Origin: a virus
Lineage: Duplodnaviria; Caudoviricetes
IMG/VR virus record: IMGVR_UViG_3300025120_000059
Coordinates: 1-57,305 of that record
Direction: 5' to 3' (one strand)
Length of the DNA stretch: 57,305 nt
Part shown: one piece after another, positions 47,526-55,885 of the stretch
Position numbering within the stretch: the first letter of the stretch is position 1
Layout: each line of letters starts with the position of its first letter
Made by a program: the position numbers and the translations under genes
Notes under the pieces: model-generated
What the model was told of the DNA's origin: nothing
The model's input: the letters and a program-made list of their open reading frames with translations, nothing else
The model's database searches: none

Positions 47526-47706
47526 ACTCTACCTCCATGTCAGGGACAAAGCCTTTGTCTGTGAATAAAGTTAGCTCAAAGTCTTGGTCAGTTTTATCAG
47601 TGACAGTTACCGTTATGGTTGTGAAGCTTTCGTAGTCTTCACGTTTCACTTTGATGTTGTCTACGCTATGTATTCTGAGTCCGTTCATTAGCTCATCTCC
47701 ATCCAT
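47515..47706 (-). CDS. Hypothetical early protein
   Basis: Beta-rich ~57-63 aa ORF. Confidence 0.55.
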   Translation of the reverse strand: MDGDELMNGLRIHSVDNIKVKREDYESFTTITVTVTDKTDQDFELTLFTDKGFVPDMEVEYDS

Positions 47707-47837
47707 TCTGATTCAGTTCTACGTGCAGCTTCTGCGTAGGTTTCATTGCAGCCTTTAGGCCACCCATCCAACTCCAGATACTCCACCCATAAGTCAAAGA
47801 TATTTTCTTTGAGCATTTCGTTTTCATGGTTACTCAT
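47688..47837 (-). CDS. 49-aa hypothetical protein (not in track)
   Basis: MSNHENEMLKENIFDLWVEYLEL..., SD GGAG. Confidence 0.55.
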   Translation of the reverse strand: MSNHENEMLKENIFDLWVEYLELDGWPKGCNETYAEAARRTESEWMEMS

Positions 47838-47872
47838 TTCAATCTCCAAAAAACGTCTTAGTAATGGTATAA

Positions 47873-47926
47873 TTAATAGTCGTTATGTAGTATCGTAAGA
47901 TACTTCTACTACATAACTCCTATTAA
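47873..47926 (-). repeat. Conserved hairpin element, copy B
   Basis: Minus strand TTAATAG-GA-GTTATGTA-GTAGAA-GTATC-TTAC-GATAC-TACATAAC-GA-CTATTAA. Confidence 0.85.
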
Positions 47927-47927
47927 G

Positions 47928-48596
47928 TCAAGCGGCAATCGCTGATGCCTTCTTCTTACTTGTACCATGTGCAGGAAAGCCTACCACTACATTCCTATCC
48001 CACTTCTCACATAGCATACATGATGCACATGATACTTCATCTTTGTATGTTGCGGGACATACCACAACCTTTCTACCTTTAGGTGTAACAGTGTTAGTTG
48101 TCTGATCAATCGGCAACACAGTTGCAACTGGAGCTATGTTAAGATCGCATAGCTTGTCAGCATGTTCAAGATTGTTGGCAGACACATTAACAGTAAAGCC
48201 TAAGTGGTTCATAATGTTGACAGTTATGGCATTCTGGAAGTTGTCCAGTACGTCATAGTGTGTGTATGTAAACCCACGCTTGCCCTTATTAGCTTTGGCA
48301 AGCTCAATACACTTCTCATTGTCCAGCTTCTCCATGTCACCGGGCAAGTCGCCAGCTTGATTGTGCCGCCACTTGCTACCAGTGGGCAAATCTTTGATCT
48401 TGTCAATGAACGTAGCCCAATCGTCGCCACGTTCTTTCCGGGTGACTTTGTCCCAATGTAGTTTCAATGGGCCACTGTCGGCATAGCAGCCATTCGATTT
48501 GAAGGGACACGAAGTGGGACATGTTGTCGCAGTGCTAGTAGTGACTGCCATCTTTCCCACTTTGACGTTCTTTGATTTAGGCGTAATGTGAAACAT
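47928..48596 (-). CDS. Cys-rich conserved phage protein (DUF7227-like, possible Fe-S binding)
   Basis: N.KVG, TCPTSCPF...CYA, WRHNQAGD, FTYTH, VCPA, CASCMLC, F.AHG motifs. Confidence 0.65.
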   Translation of the reverse strand: MFHITPKSKNVKVGKMAVTTSTATTCPTSCPFKSNGCYADSGPLKLHWDKVTRKERGDDWATFIDKIKDLPTGSKWRHNQAGDLPGDMEKLDNEKCIELAKANKGKRGFTYTHYDVLDNFQNAITVNIMNHLGFTVNVSANNLEHADKLCDLNIAPVATVLPIDQTTNTVTPKGRKVVVCPATYKDEVSCASCMLCEKWDRNVVVGFPAHGTSKKKASAIAA

Positions 48597-48805
48597 TTAT
48601 TTCCTCCAAAAAATCCTCAGTTTCAAAGTAACACACATCGGCGTCGGTAGTAAAGGCATTTTTATTTTTAATGCCTTCCGCAATCCGTCCATTGAGTTCG
48701 GTGCGTTGTTCGACGGTCAGTTCCTCAACATAGTTGATAGTCATAGATTTTTACCATAGTTTGCACATAAGATAGGAACCTCTGACATTCCTATCTCTGT
48801 ATAAA

Positions 48806-49081
48806 CTAAGCCGCTTCGGATACCAACTGTGCTATGGCCCTTGAGGTATTTTCTCCAGATTTTAGCACTTTGATAAGCTGCCGTGCAATGACACGCTGAT
48901 GGTCACGCATCCGGCCACCGTCTACCGACTTGCGATGCCGTGCCAGCTTTGCTACAGCCTTGTCAAACCTACCCCAGTTACCAATGGTAACATTTTCTTC
49001 AATAAGCTTTTCCAGCTTGGGATCGGCATAGAGGTTATACTTACCACGGCGTTCGGTGTACTGAATTGCAGGAGTTGTCAT
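48806..49081 (-). CDS. Hypothetical early protein
   Basis: 91 aa, flanked by hairpins. Confidence 0.6.
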   Translation of the reverse strand: MTTPAIQYTERRGKYNLYADPKLEKLIEENVTIGNWGRFDKAVAKLARHRKSVDGGRMRDHQRVIARQLIKVLKSGENTSRAIAQLVSEAA

Positions 49082-49160
49082 AGTATATATCTTTCTATTT
49101 AGGTTAGGAATAATGCAAGGCTTATCGTGAGGTGCCTTGCTAACCTCTGTTAAGCTACGC

Positions 49161-49451
49161 TTATGCCATTGTCATATCGACAAATTCAGCGGCATCTTCT
49201 TTGATAGCTTTAGCTATGATATTATTAGACCGTTTGTGAGCAGCTTCCAGCTTTTCTTCTACAGCCTTCGGCTTAGTGCTGGTAATTGCTTCAGCTTCGG
49301 GCAGCTTGTCACCATTGCGGATGACTTTGAAGTTCCCGTTCGGGTGTACAACCCTAATAGGAGTGCCGGAGTCGGCAGCTTTGCTGAACAAGTCTTTGCC
49401 TTTATCAAGTGCTACCCACTTGTCAGCTACGAAAGTTTCCATTGTTGCCAT
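49161..49451 (-). CDS. Hypothetical early protein
   Basis: 96 aa, SD GGAG, downstream of hairpin copy C. Confidence 0.65.
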   Translation of the reverse strand: MATMETFVADKWVALDKGKDLFSKAADSGTPIRVVHPNGNFKVIRNGDKLPEAEAITSTKPKAVEEKLEAAHKRSNNIIAKAIKEDAAEFVDMTMA

Positions 49452-49487
49452 GATATATCTCCAATCAGTTGGCGGTTTCTACTGTAT

Positions 49488-49540
49488 CTAATTGATCCTT
49501 TACAGTATCGTAAGATACTCTACTGTAAAGTATCTATTAG
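49488..49540 (-). repeat. Conserved hairpin element, copy C
   Basis: Minus strand CTAATAGAT-A-CTTTACA-GTAGA-GTATC-TTAC-GATAC-TGTAAAG-G-ATCAATTAG. Confidence 0.85.
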
Positions 49541-49541
49541 G

Positions 49542-49706
49542 TTAGTCGCATCCCTCTGTCAAGAACGCACACAATGCTATAAATGCGAATGGCAATGCAA
49601 AGAGGATTGGGAAAGTGTCCCAACCTCTAAAGCAAAACCCATACATTCCGACAAGAACTGCCGGAAACATCAACAGCAAAGCTGTGTTTCTAATTTTCTC
49701 AAACAT
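49542..49706 (-). CDS. Small two-TM membrane protein
   Basis: Likely start MFEKIRN; two hydrophobic segments. Confidence 0.5.
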   Translation of the reverse strand: MFEKIRNTALLLMFPAVLVGMYGFCFRGWDTFPILFALPFAFIALCAFLTEGCD

Positions 49707-49707
49707 A

Positions 49708-49878
49708 TTAGTCCCCATTTCTCTGTCTGAAGATGCGATCTTTGAGCTTGCTTGCATGAATCTGAAATTGTTCTTCCTCTTGGAAGAATGAACATATTGT
49801 CAGATGGTCTTGATCCTGATTTACAGGGTGATTTTGCAACTCAACCAAGTTATACTTGTCAAGCATTTCATTTAACAT
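49708..49878 (-). CDS. Hypothetical early protein
   Basis: Start MLNEMLD after SD GGAG; contains HPVNQDQDHLTI. Confidence 0.55.
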   Translation of the reverse strand: MLNEMLDKYNLVELQNHPVNQDQDHLTICSFFQEEEQFQIHASKLKDRIFRQRNGD

Positions 49879-49882
49879 ATTA

Positions 49883-50180
49883 ATCTCCAATTAAAGATTT
49901 ATAATTGTTTCAAGCGTAGCTTCGTCTTCATCCATTATATTTATCCATTTCTGTTGTATTCTTTACAATTTCAGCAAGATCAATAATATCCTTGGCTGTA
50001 TATACAAAAGCCCAATCTTCTCCAAGAAGATCATCGGCTATTTCATTGGCAACAAAAATATCACCGCAATTACCCAATGGGTGACATACCCCCAAGTAAC
50101 AAAAAGCATAGTAGCTATCCATTAGCTCATCTCCGATTAAAGATTTATAATTGTTTCAAGCGTAGCTTCGTCCTCATCCA
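49883..50180. repeat. 52-bp direct repeat (49883-49934 and 50129-50180) flanking one gene
   Basis: atctcc(a/g)attaaagatttataattgtttcaagcgtagcttcgtc(t/c)tcatcca, 2 mismatches. Confidence 0.95.
49928..50122 (-). CDS. Hypothetical early protein between direct repeats
   Basis: 64 aa, SD GGAG supplied by the upstream repeat copy. Confidence 0.6.
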   Translation of the reverse strand: MDSYYAFCYLGVCHPLGNCGDIFVANEIADDLLGEDWAFVYTAKDIIDLAEIVKNTTEMDKYNG

Positions 50181-50308
50181 GTGTGGCAATCCACCAACCA
50201 TGTTGGTCATGCAGGTCAATGGCTCCGCCATTCACAGATGTGTGAACTCGGAAAGCTCCATCAAGATGCTGGTCAATCTCCGATTGTAGGAATGAAATGT
50301 TCGACATG
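50138..50308 (-). CDS. First early gene, ~56 aa (not in track)
   Basis: SD GGAG; MSNISFLQSEIDQHLDGAFRVH...LDEDEATLETIINL. Confidence 0.55.
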
Positions 50309-50346
50309 GTAATCTCCGATTAGGTTGGTTGGTTGGGTTATAATAT

Positions 50347-50399
50347 CTAATTAACCCTCTATAGTATCGTAAGATACTCTACTATAGAGGTTTAATTAG
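50347..50399 (-). repeat. Conserved hairpin element, copy D
   Basis: Minus strand CTAATTAA-A-CCTCTATA-GTAGA-GTATC-TTAC-GATAC-TATAGAGG-G-TTAATTAG. Confidence 0.85.
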
Positions 50400-50402
50400 G
50401 TT

Positions 50403-50432
50403 AATCTAGCTTATCGTCATTCGGTTTGTCAA
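50403..50432 (-). promoter_or_regulatory. Leftward early sigma70-type promoter
   Basis: TTGACA-N18-TAGATT; a second TTGACA at 50511-50516 has only a weak -10. Confidence 0.6.
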
Positions 50433-50882
50433 CCCTCATCAACCACTATTGTGGTTCATCGTAGGCATGACAGACCTGCATTGGTTGCATAGCAACTAAA
50501 AGCTACGCTTTGTCAAGGGGTTAGCTAGTTTTCTGTTGGTTACTACGAAGTAGTAGAAGCTGACTACAAGACATCCTTTGGATGAATTTGCCAAGACTAC
50601 TACCAATTACTCTCCTCCGTAGTAACATTCTGTTCCTACTACGGAGAGATAATTGGGTTCCCATAGCAAAGGCTTTGTTGGCAGCATAGCTGCTATGCGG
50701 GGGGGTGGAAAAAAAACCTGCACATGTATATATATATAAACAACCACTCTCATATACAGACAAAAATCTACGGACTACTCATCAAAATAAAAATAAGGTA
50801 TCCATACTGTGACATAAATACAACAAAGCGGTACTAATTAGTTCCTTATTAGTATTATTTTATTATTTTATTAGTATCTCTA

Positions 50883-50911
50883 TTGTATATCTCTATAGTA
50901 TAGTGTATAAT
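50883..50911 (+). promoter_or_regulatory. Rightward promoter for terL
   Basis: TTGTAT-N17-TATAAT, 6 nt before ATG 50918. Confidence 0.6.
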
Positions 50912-50917
50912 AGTACT

Positions 50918-52459
50918 ATGGAGTATTTAGATAGTAACTATATAGAACAGTATGTCAACCTTGAAGCTTTGTTAAAGCAGAATGTTGATACTCAATGTAA
51001 TGATGACTTCTTGTCTTTTGTAAGACTGATGGCACCTTCGATTGTGTCTGACTTCAGGATGGGTCGTCACATTGAAGTTATCTCAGATAAGCTACAACAG
51101 GTACAGGATGGTCAAATAAAAAGACTGATGGTCTTTCTTCCACCACGTTCATCAAAGTCTGTTGTCTGTTCCAAGTTGTTTCCTGCATGGTATCTGGGCA
51201 GGAACCCTGAACATGAGATACTAAGTATATCGCACAGTGACCAACTGGCAAGTGACTTTGGCAGATCAGTCAGGGACATAGTAAACACTGAGGAATACCA
51301 GAAAGTATTCAGGGGTGTCTCCCTTAGAAGTGATGTCAGGGCTGCTGGTAAGTGGAAGACAAACCATAATGGTACATACTATGCTGCCGGTGTCAGATCA
51401 CAGATTGCTGGACGTGGCGCACATGTAGCTATACTTGATGATGCTATGTCTGAAGAAGATGCGATCTCCAGTGCAGGTAGAAGGTTTATTAAAGAGTGGT
51501 ATCCTGCGGGACTCAGAACACGTATCATGCCAGACGGTGCCATTGTCATAATCAATACAAGGTATCACTATGATGATCTCTGTGGCTGGCTACTGAAGCA
51601 GCAGGAGAATATGTCTGACTATGAAACTATACCGTGGGAGGTTGTTAAGATACCTGCATGGTTAGATGAAGAAGCAGCAGAGATGCTTGATCTTCCAGTA
51701 GGAGGTAGCTACTTTCCTGAATGGAAGTCTGACAGGATACTCAGGATGGATGAGAGTGAGATCAAGGCAAGTAACGGAAGCCGGTACTGGAACTCTCTTT
51801 ACATGCAAGACCCCACACCTGAAGAGGGTGGTCTTATAAAGAAAAGGTGGATACAGGATTGGGATCAGGAAGACCCACCCAACTGTGAATTTGTAATACA
51901 AACTCTTGATACTGCCTTCTCCACCAGTACCACCGCTGACTACAGTGTCATACAAACATGGGGTATATTCTACATGTATGACCAAGATGAGAACGGCAGG
52001 GAGGACTTTGCAGCCCACCTGATACTTCTTGGTAACATCAAGGGCCGCTTTGAATATCCAGAACTTCGACGGCTGGCGCAGAAATTATACAATGAACATA
52101 GACCTGATGTCTGCATGGTGGAGAAGAAGGCATCCGGTCAATCGCTTATACAGGATATGCGACGGGCGGGACTCCCGGTAATGGAATATAATCCTGACAG
52201 GGATAAGGTATCCAGAGTTTACGCAGCCAGCCCCATCATGGAAGCAGGTCGCCTGTGGATACCTAAGAGTAAGAAGTGGGCAGATGATCTCATTGAAGAA
52301 CTTATACGGTTTCCCAATGCAGCCCATGATGACCAAGTGGATGCCCTGACAATGGCAGTACACTACATGAAGGAATCATGGCACCTCTCGCATCCCGAAG
52401 ACCCTGAAGAAGAAGAGGACAGGGTAAGCAAGGGCAGAGCAACATACTGGAATGTCTAA
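50918..52459 (+). CDS. terL: Terminase large subunit
   Basis: PPRSSKS Walker A, AILDD Walker B, TRYHYDDL, LDTA and HDDQVDA nuclease motifs. Confidence 0.95.
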   Translation: MEYLDSNYIEQYVNLEALLKQNVDTQCNDDFLSFVRLMAPSIVSDFRMGRHIEVISDKLQQVQDGQIKRLMVFLPPRSSKSVVCSKLFPAWYLGRNPEHEILSISHSDQLASDFGRSVRDIVNTEEYQKVFRGVSLRSDVRAAGKWKTNHNGTYYAAGVRSQIAGRGAHVAILDDAMSEEDAISSAGRRFIKEWYPAGLRTRIMPDGAIVIINTRYHYDDLCGWLLKQQENMSDYETIPWEVVKIPAWLDEEAAEMLDLPVGGSYFPEWKSDRILRMDESEIKASNGSRYWNSLYMQDPTPEEGGLIKKRWIQDWDQEDPPNCEFVIQTLDTAFSTSTTADYSVIQTWGIFYMYDQDENGREDFAAHLILLGNIKGRFEYPELRRLAQKLYNEHRPDVCMVEKKASGQSLIQDMRRAGLPVMEYNPDRDKVSRVYAASPIMEAGRLWIPKSKKWADDLIEELIRFPNAAHDDQVDALTMAVHYMKESWHLSHPEDPEEEEDRVSKGRATYWNV

Positions 52460-52484
52460 CAGAGGCAGCTAAAGCTGCATAAAA

Positions 52485-52516
52485 GATTTGGGCTTTACCA
52501 GATTATGTGCTATAAT
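52485..52516 (+). promoter_or_regulatory. Promoter upstream of portal
   Basis: GATTTGGG-N13-TGTGCTATAAT. Confidence 0.7.
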
Positions 52517-52550
52517 TAATGCAGGGAACAAATTTTGAATAGGGAAATAA

Positions 52551-55097
52551 ATGGCTACTGAAAGAAATCCATACGATATGATGCCAGAAGAGGTTGGCGA
52601 TGTTGTTGCTATGCCTATGGAAGAAGAGTCCAATGCTACCTTTGAGGTTGATCCTGAAGACGGTGGTGTTATTGTTGACTTCTCTGAACAGGTTGTGGGG
52701 ATGGAAGCATCAGAAGATATTGCCGAATGGTTCGGTGATATGTCTGAACTTCTTGAAGAAGATGAACTGAATGATATTGCCAATGATGTTATTGAAAGCT
52801 ATCAATCAGATAAAGATTCCCGTGCTGAATGGGAGTCCATGTTTGAGAGTGGCTTTGATCTTCTTGGGCTTAAACTAGAACAGGGTTCAGAACCCTTTGA
52901 GGGTGCATGTACTGCTGTACATCCTCTCCTGATTGAATCGGCAGTCAAGTTCCAATCCAAAGCTTCCGGTGAACTATTCCCATCAAGCGGTCCTGTCAAG
53001 GCACAGATACTTGGCAAGTCAAACGCAGAAAAAGAATTACAGGCCAACAGAGTTCAGAACTTTATGAACTATCAGGTAACGGAGCAGATGCCCGAATACT
53101 TTGATGAGTTTGAAAGAATGCTGTTCCATCTCCCGATCATTGGATCAGCATTTAAAAAGTTGTACTATGACGCAACAACCAAGCGTCCCCGCTCTGAGTT
53201 TATTCCTATTGATCAGTTCTATGTATCATACTATGCAACTGATCTTGCCAACGCTGATCGTTATACACATGTAATCTATCGTAGTCCTGTTGAAATAGCA
53301 CGGGATATTAATGCTGGTGTTTATCAGGATGTTGATCTTCCCACACCATCATCTAATAATATTACAACCTTTGCAGAGAAGATGGATACAATCATTGGGT
53401 TGTCTCCCTCCTCTGATAATGATCCTCAGTATGTCTTGCTGGAACAGCACTGCTATCTTGATATTGAAGGAGAAGAGATTCCTCTTCCATACATTGTTAC
53501 TGTTGAGAGTCAATCTAGACAGATACTAAGTATTCGTAGAAACTATAACCAAGATGATCCAAACAAAGAAAAAATAGGACACTTTGTTCATTACAGGTTT
53601 GTACCGGGTTTTGGTTTTTACGGTCTTGGTCTTATACACTTCCTTGGTAATTTGACTATGAGTGCTACTGCGGCAATGCGTTCGCTGATAGATGCAGGGC
53701 AGTTTGCAAATCTACCGGGAGGGTTTAAGGCTAAAGGAGTAAGGATGGTTGGTGACAACGAACCTATTGCTCCCGGCGAGTTCAAAGAGGTTGAAGCAAC
53801 TGGTATAGACTTATCAAAGGCTATTGTTCCCCTCCCCTATAAAGAGCCTTCCTCTACTCTATTCCAGATGTTGAATTTCGTAGCTACTGCTGGACAGAAG
53901 TTTGCGGACAGCACGGAGCAGGTTATCTCCGATGCTGCCTCTTATGGACCCGTTGGAACTACTATGGCTTTGCTGGAAGCAAGCAGCAAGTTTTTCTCAG
54001 CAATACATAAACGGCTTCACAAGTCCCAGAAAGATGAGTTTAGAATCCTTGCTCGTATTGACTATGAATATCTTCCAGAAGAATATCCTTATGATGTTCC
54101 ATATGAAGATCGTAGTATTTTTAAACAGGACTTTGACGGTCGTGTAGATATTATCCCAGTATCTGATCCTAACATTCCATCCAATGCACATCGTATGATG
54201 ATGGCAAACATGGCACTACAGATGGCGCAGCAGTCTCCTCCCGGTATGTTTAATCTGGAAGAACTTAACAGGACAATCCTTAATGCTGCCAACATGCCTA
54301 ATGTTGATCAGATACTCCCACCCAAGATTGAACCTAAACCGCTTGATCCTGTATCAGATATTATGGCTGCTACTAAGGGTGTGCCTATTGCTGCATTTCC
54401 CGGCCAGAACCATGATGCACATATCCAGATTAAGATGGCATATCTTGAAGACCCCATGAACGGTAAGAATCCAATCATGCAGCGCATTGCTCCAATACTT
54501 CAGGCTAACATTCAAGAACATTCTATTATGAAGTATCAGGAACAGATGAATGGTATGACTGACCAGATGATGCAGGGAGTTAGCCCTGAAGAAGCTCAGA
54601 ACCCTGCCGTTGTTGAGATGGTCATGGCACAGGCTGCACAACAAATCCTTAATGCTAATCAGGCAATGGGTCAGGCGCAGTCTCCTGAACAACAGCTTGT
54701 ATCTCTGGAACAGGCCAAGGTTGAACTTGAGAAACAGAAACTACAGTCTGATACTATGGTTCAGGCAGCAGAGATGGAACTCAAGACCAAGAAACTTAAA
54801 CTTGAAGAAGCTGACCAGATCATTGATCTTCTCAAGACTAATGCTGCTAACAGTATGAAAGAAGAAAAATCAGAACTTGATCGTGAAGCTAAAGAGCGTC
54901 TTAAAGAACTAGACATTGAAGGCAAGCTTGATCTTGAAGATTTTAAAGTAACAGCAGCAAATGAAAGAGAAGTTGCCCAAACAATTAAAGATATGTTAGA
55001 GGCAAGAATGAAAGATGATAAAGATATGGAAGATAAAGCTCTTGAAGCTTTAACACAATTAGCAGTAATGCAAAAGGAGAATAATTATGATGACTAA
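52551..55097 (+). CDS. Portal protein with long C-terminal coiled coil
   Basis: 848 aa after terL; PFEGAC..HPLL.ES, GSAFKK.YYD, GFGFYGLGL, PYKEPS, PVGTTMAL motifs. Confidence 0.9.
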   Translation: MATERNPYDMMPEEVGDVVAMPMEEESNATFEVDPEDGGVIVDFSEQVVGMEASEDIAEWFGDMSELLEEDELNDIANDVIESYQSDKDSRAEWESMFESGFDLLGLKLEQGSEPFEGACTAVHPLLIESAVKFQSKASGELFPSSGPVKAQILGKSNAEKELQANRVQNFMNYQVTEQMPEYFDEFERMLFHLPIIGSAFKKLYYDATTKRPRSEFIPIDQFYVSYYATDLANADRYTHVIYRSPVEIARDINAGVYQDVDLPTPSSNNITTFAEKMDTIIGLSPSSDNDPQYVLLEQHCYLDIEGEEIPLPYIVTVESQSRQILSIRRNYNQDDPNKEKIGHFVHYRFVPGFGFYGLGLIHFLGNLTMSATAAMRSLIDAGQFANLPGGFKAKGVRMVGDNEPIAPGEFKEVEATGIDLSKAIVPLPYKEPSSTLFQMLNFVATAGQKFADSTEQVISDAASYGPVGTTMALLEASSKFFSAIHKRLHKSQKDEFRILARIDYEYLPEEYPYDVPYEDRSIFKQDFDGRVDIIPVSDPNIPSNAHRMMMANMALQMAQQSPPGMFNLEELNRTILNAANMPNVDQILPPKIEPKPLDPVSDIMAATKGVPIAAFPGQNHDAHIQIKMAYLEDPMNGKNPIMQRIAPILQANIQEHSIMKYQEQMNGMTDQMMQGVSPEEAQNPAVVEMVMAQAAQQILNANQAMGQAQSPEQQLVSLEQAKVELEKQKLQSDTMVQAAEMELKTKKLKLEEADQIIDLLKTNAANSMKEEKSELDREAKERLKELDIEGKLDLEDFKVTAANEREVAQTIKDMLEARMKDDKDMEDKALEALTQLAVMQKENNYDD

Positions 55098-55260
55098 AGG
55101 TAAGGGATATCCTGAACACGTAAAGGATACTGGTAAAAGTTTTGGCGATGCATATGCACAGGATATTACAGGTGGTCGTAATGTTCGCAGTGCGCTTAAC
55201 GAATGGGATGACTTCTCTTGGAAGTCGTCTGATAGCAAGAAGGGTTCTAAAAAGAAGTAG
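55087..55260 (+). CDS. 57-aa hypothetical protein (not in track)
   Basis: SD AAGGAG; MMTKGKGYPEHVKDTGKSFGDAYAQ... Confidence 0.6.
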   Translation: MMTKGKGYPEHVKDTGKSFGDAYAQDITGGRNVRSALNEWDDFSWKSSDSKKGSKKK

Positions 55261-55452
55261 ATGAATATTTGGGATGAAGTAGTTAATGGTTTTAATGAAG
55301 AAATTAATAACCTAAGACTTACATTATCAAATGGTTCTGCGGAAGACTACTCGCATTATCGACAAATAGTAGGGTCCATATCAAGTCTTGAGTGGGCCAG
55401 AGATAACTTAACAGACATAGTTAAAAAACGTATGTATATGGAGGATGACTAA
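55261..55452 (+). CDS. Conserved head-region protein
   Basis: LSNGSAEDYSHYRQIVG.I..L motif usually found just before phage GroES. Confidence 0.7.
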   Translation: MNIWDEVVNGFNEEINNLRLTLSNGSAEDYSHYRQIVGSISSLEWARDNLTDIVKKRMYMEDD

Positions 55453-55885
55453 AGAGATGCAACAAGTGAGTATGGGTGGTGCGATCAAAAATGATCTTTG
55501 GATTACTGATGTAGACGAAGCTCCTGATCCCTCACCATTGCCGAAGATACCGGGCTTTCATGTTTTGGTTCGCCCTGTTTCGGTAAAAAGCGTAACCAAG
55601 GGTGGTATCCTACTGCCTGATTCTACCAAAGATGATATGGCTTATCTAACCACAGTGGCACAGGTTCTCTCAATGGGAGACTTGGCTTATATGGATAAGG
55701 ATAAGTTCCCTGCTGGAGCTTGGTGTAACGTAGGCGACTATGTATGCTATGGTAAACATGCAGGAACTAAGTTGTTTTACAAAGGAGTTAGGCTTATTCT
55801 TTTGTTTGATGATCAGGTTATTATGAAAGTAGAAGACCCTAAAGACCTTGATCCTACCTTTAATCTAGGAAAGGGGTCTGGATGA
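55445..55885 (+). CDS. groES: GroES-like co-chaperonin
   Basis: PGFHVLVRP, TKGGILLP, WCNVGDYV.YGKHAG, LLFDDQV. Confidence 0.9.
   Translation: MTKEMQQVSMGGAIKNDLWITDVDEAPDPSPLPKIPGFHVLVRPVSVKSVTKGGILLPDSTKDDMAYLTTVAQVLSMGDLAYMDKDKFPAGAWCNVGDYVCYGKHAGTKLFYKGVRLILLFDDQVIMKVEDPKDLDPTFNLGKGSG

Noticed and set aside
49137-49730. 197-aa plus-strand ORF in the early region, and 50521..50763 minus-strand ORF
   Set aside because: The first is antisense to well-formed minus-strand genes and crosses hairpin C; the second lacks an RBS and runs through the hairpin-rich control region
50349-50364. AATTAACCCTCTATAG resembles a T3/T7 promoter
   Set aside because: Single occurrence, lacks the CAC core, is one arm of a hairpin, and no phage RNA polymerase was found
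42915-50399. Hairpin family as a CRISPR array or mini-array
   Set aside because: Copies are 0.8-5 kb apart, separated by genes, outer sequence not conserved, and no cas operon; the Cas4-like nuclease is a normal phage replication exonuclease
34200-52459. Introns or inteins in RNR, polymerase, helicase or terL; alternative genetic code
   Set aside because: All are continuous, normal-length ORFs in the standard bacterial code with no intein motifs seen
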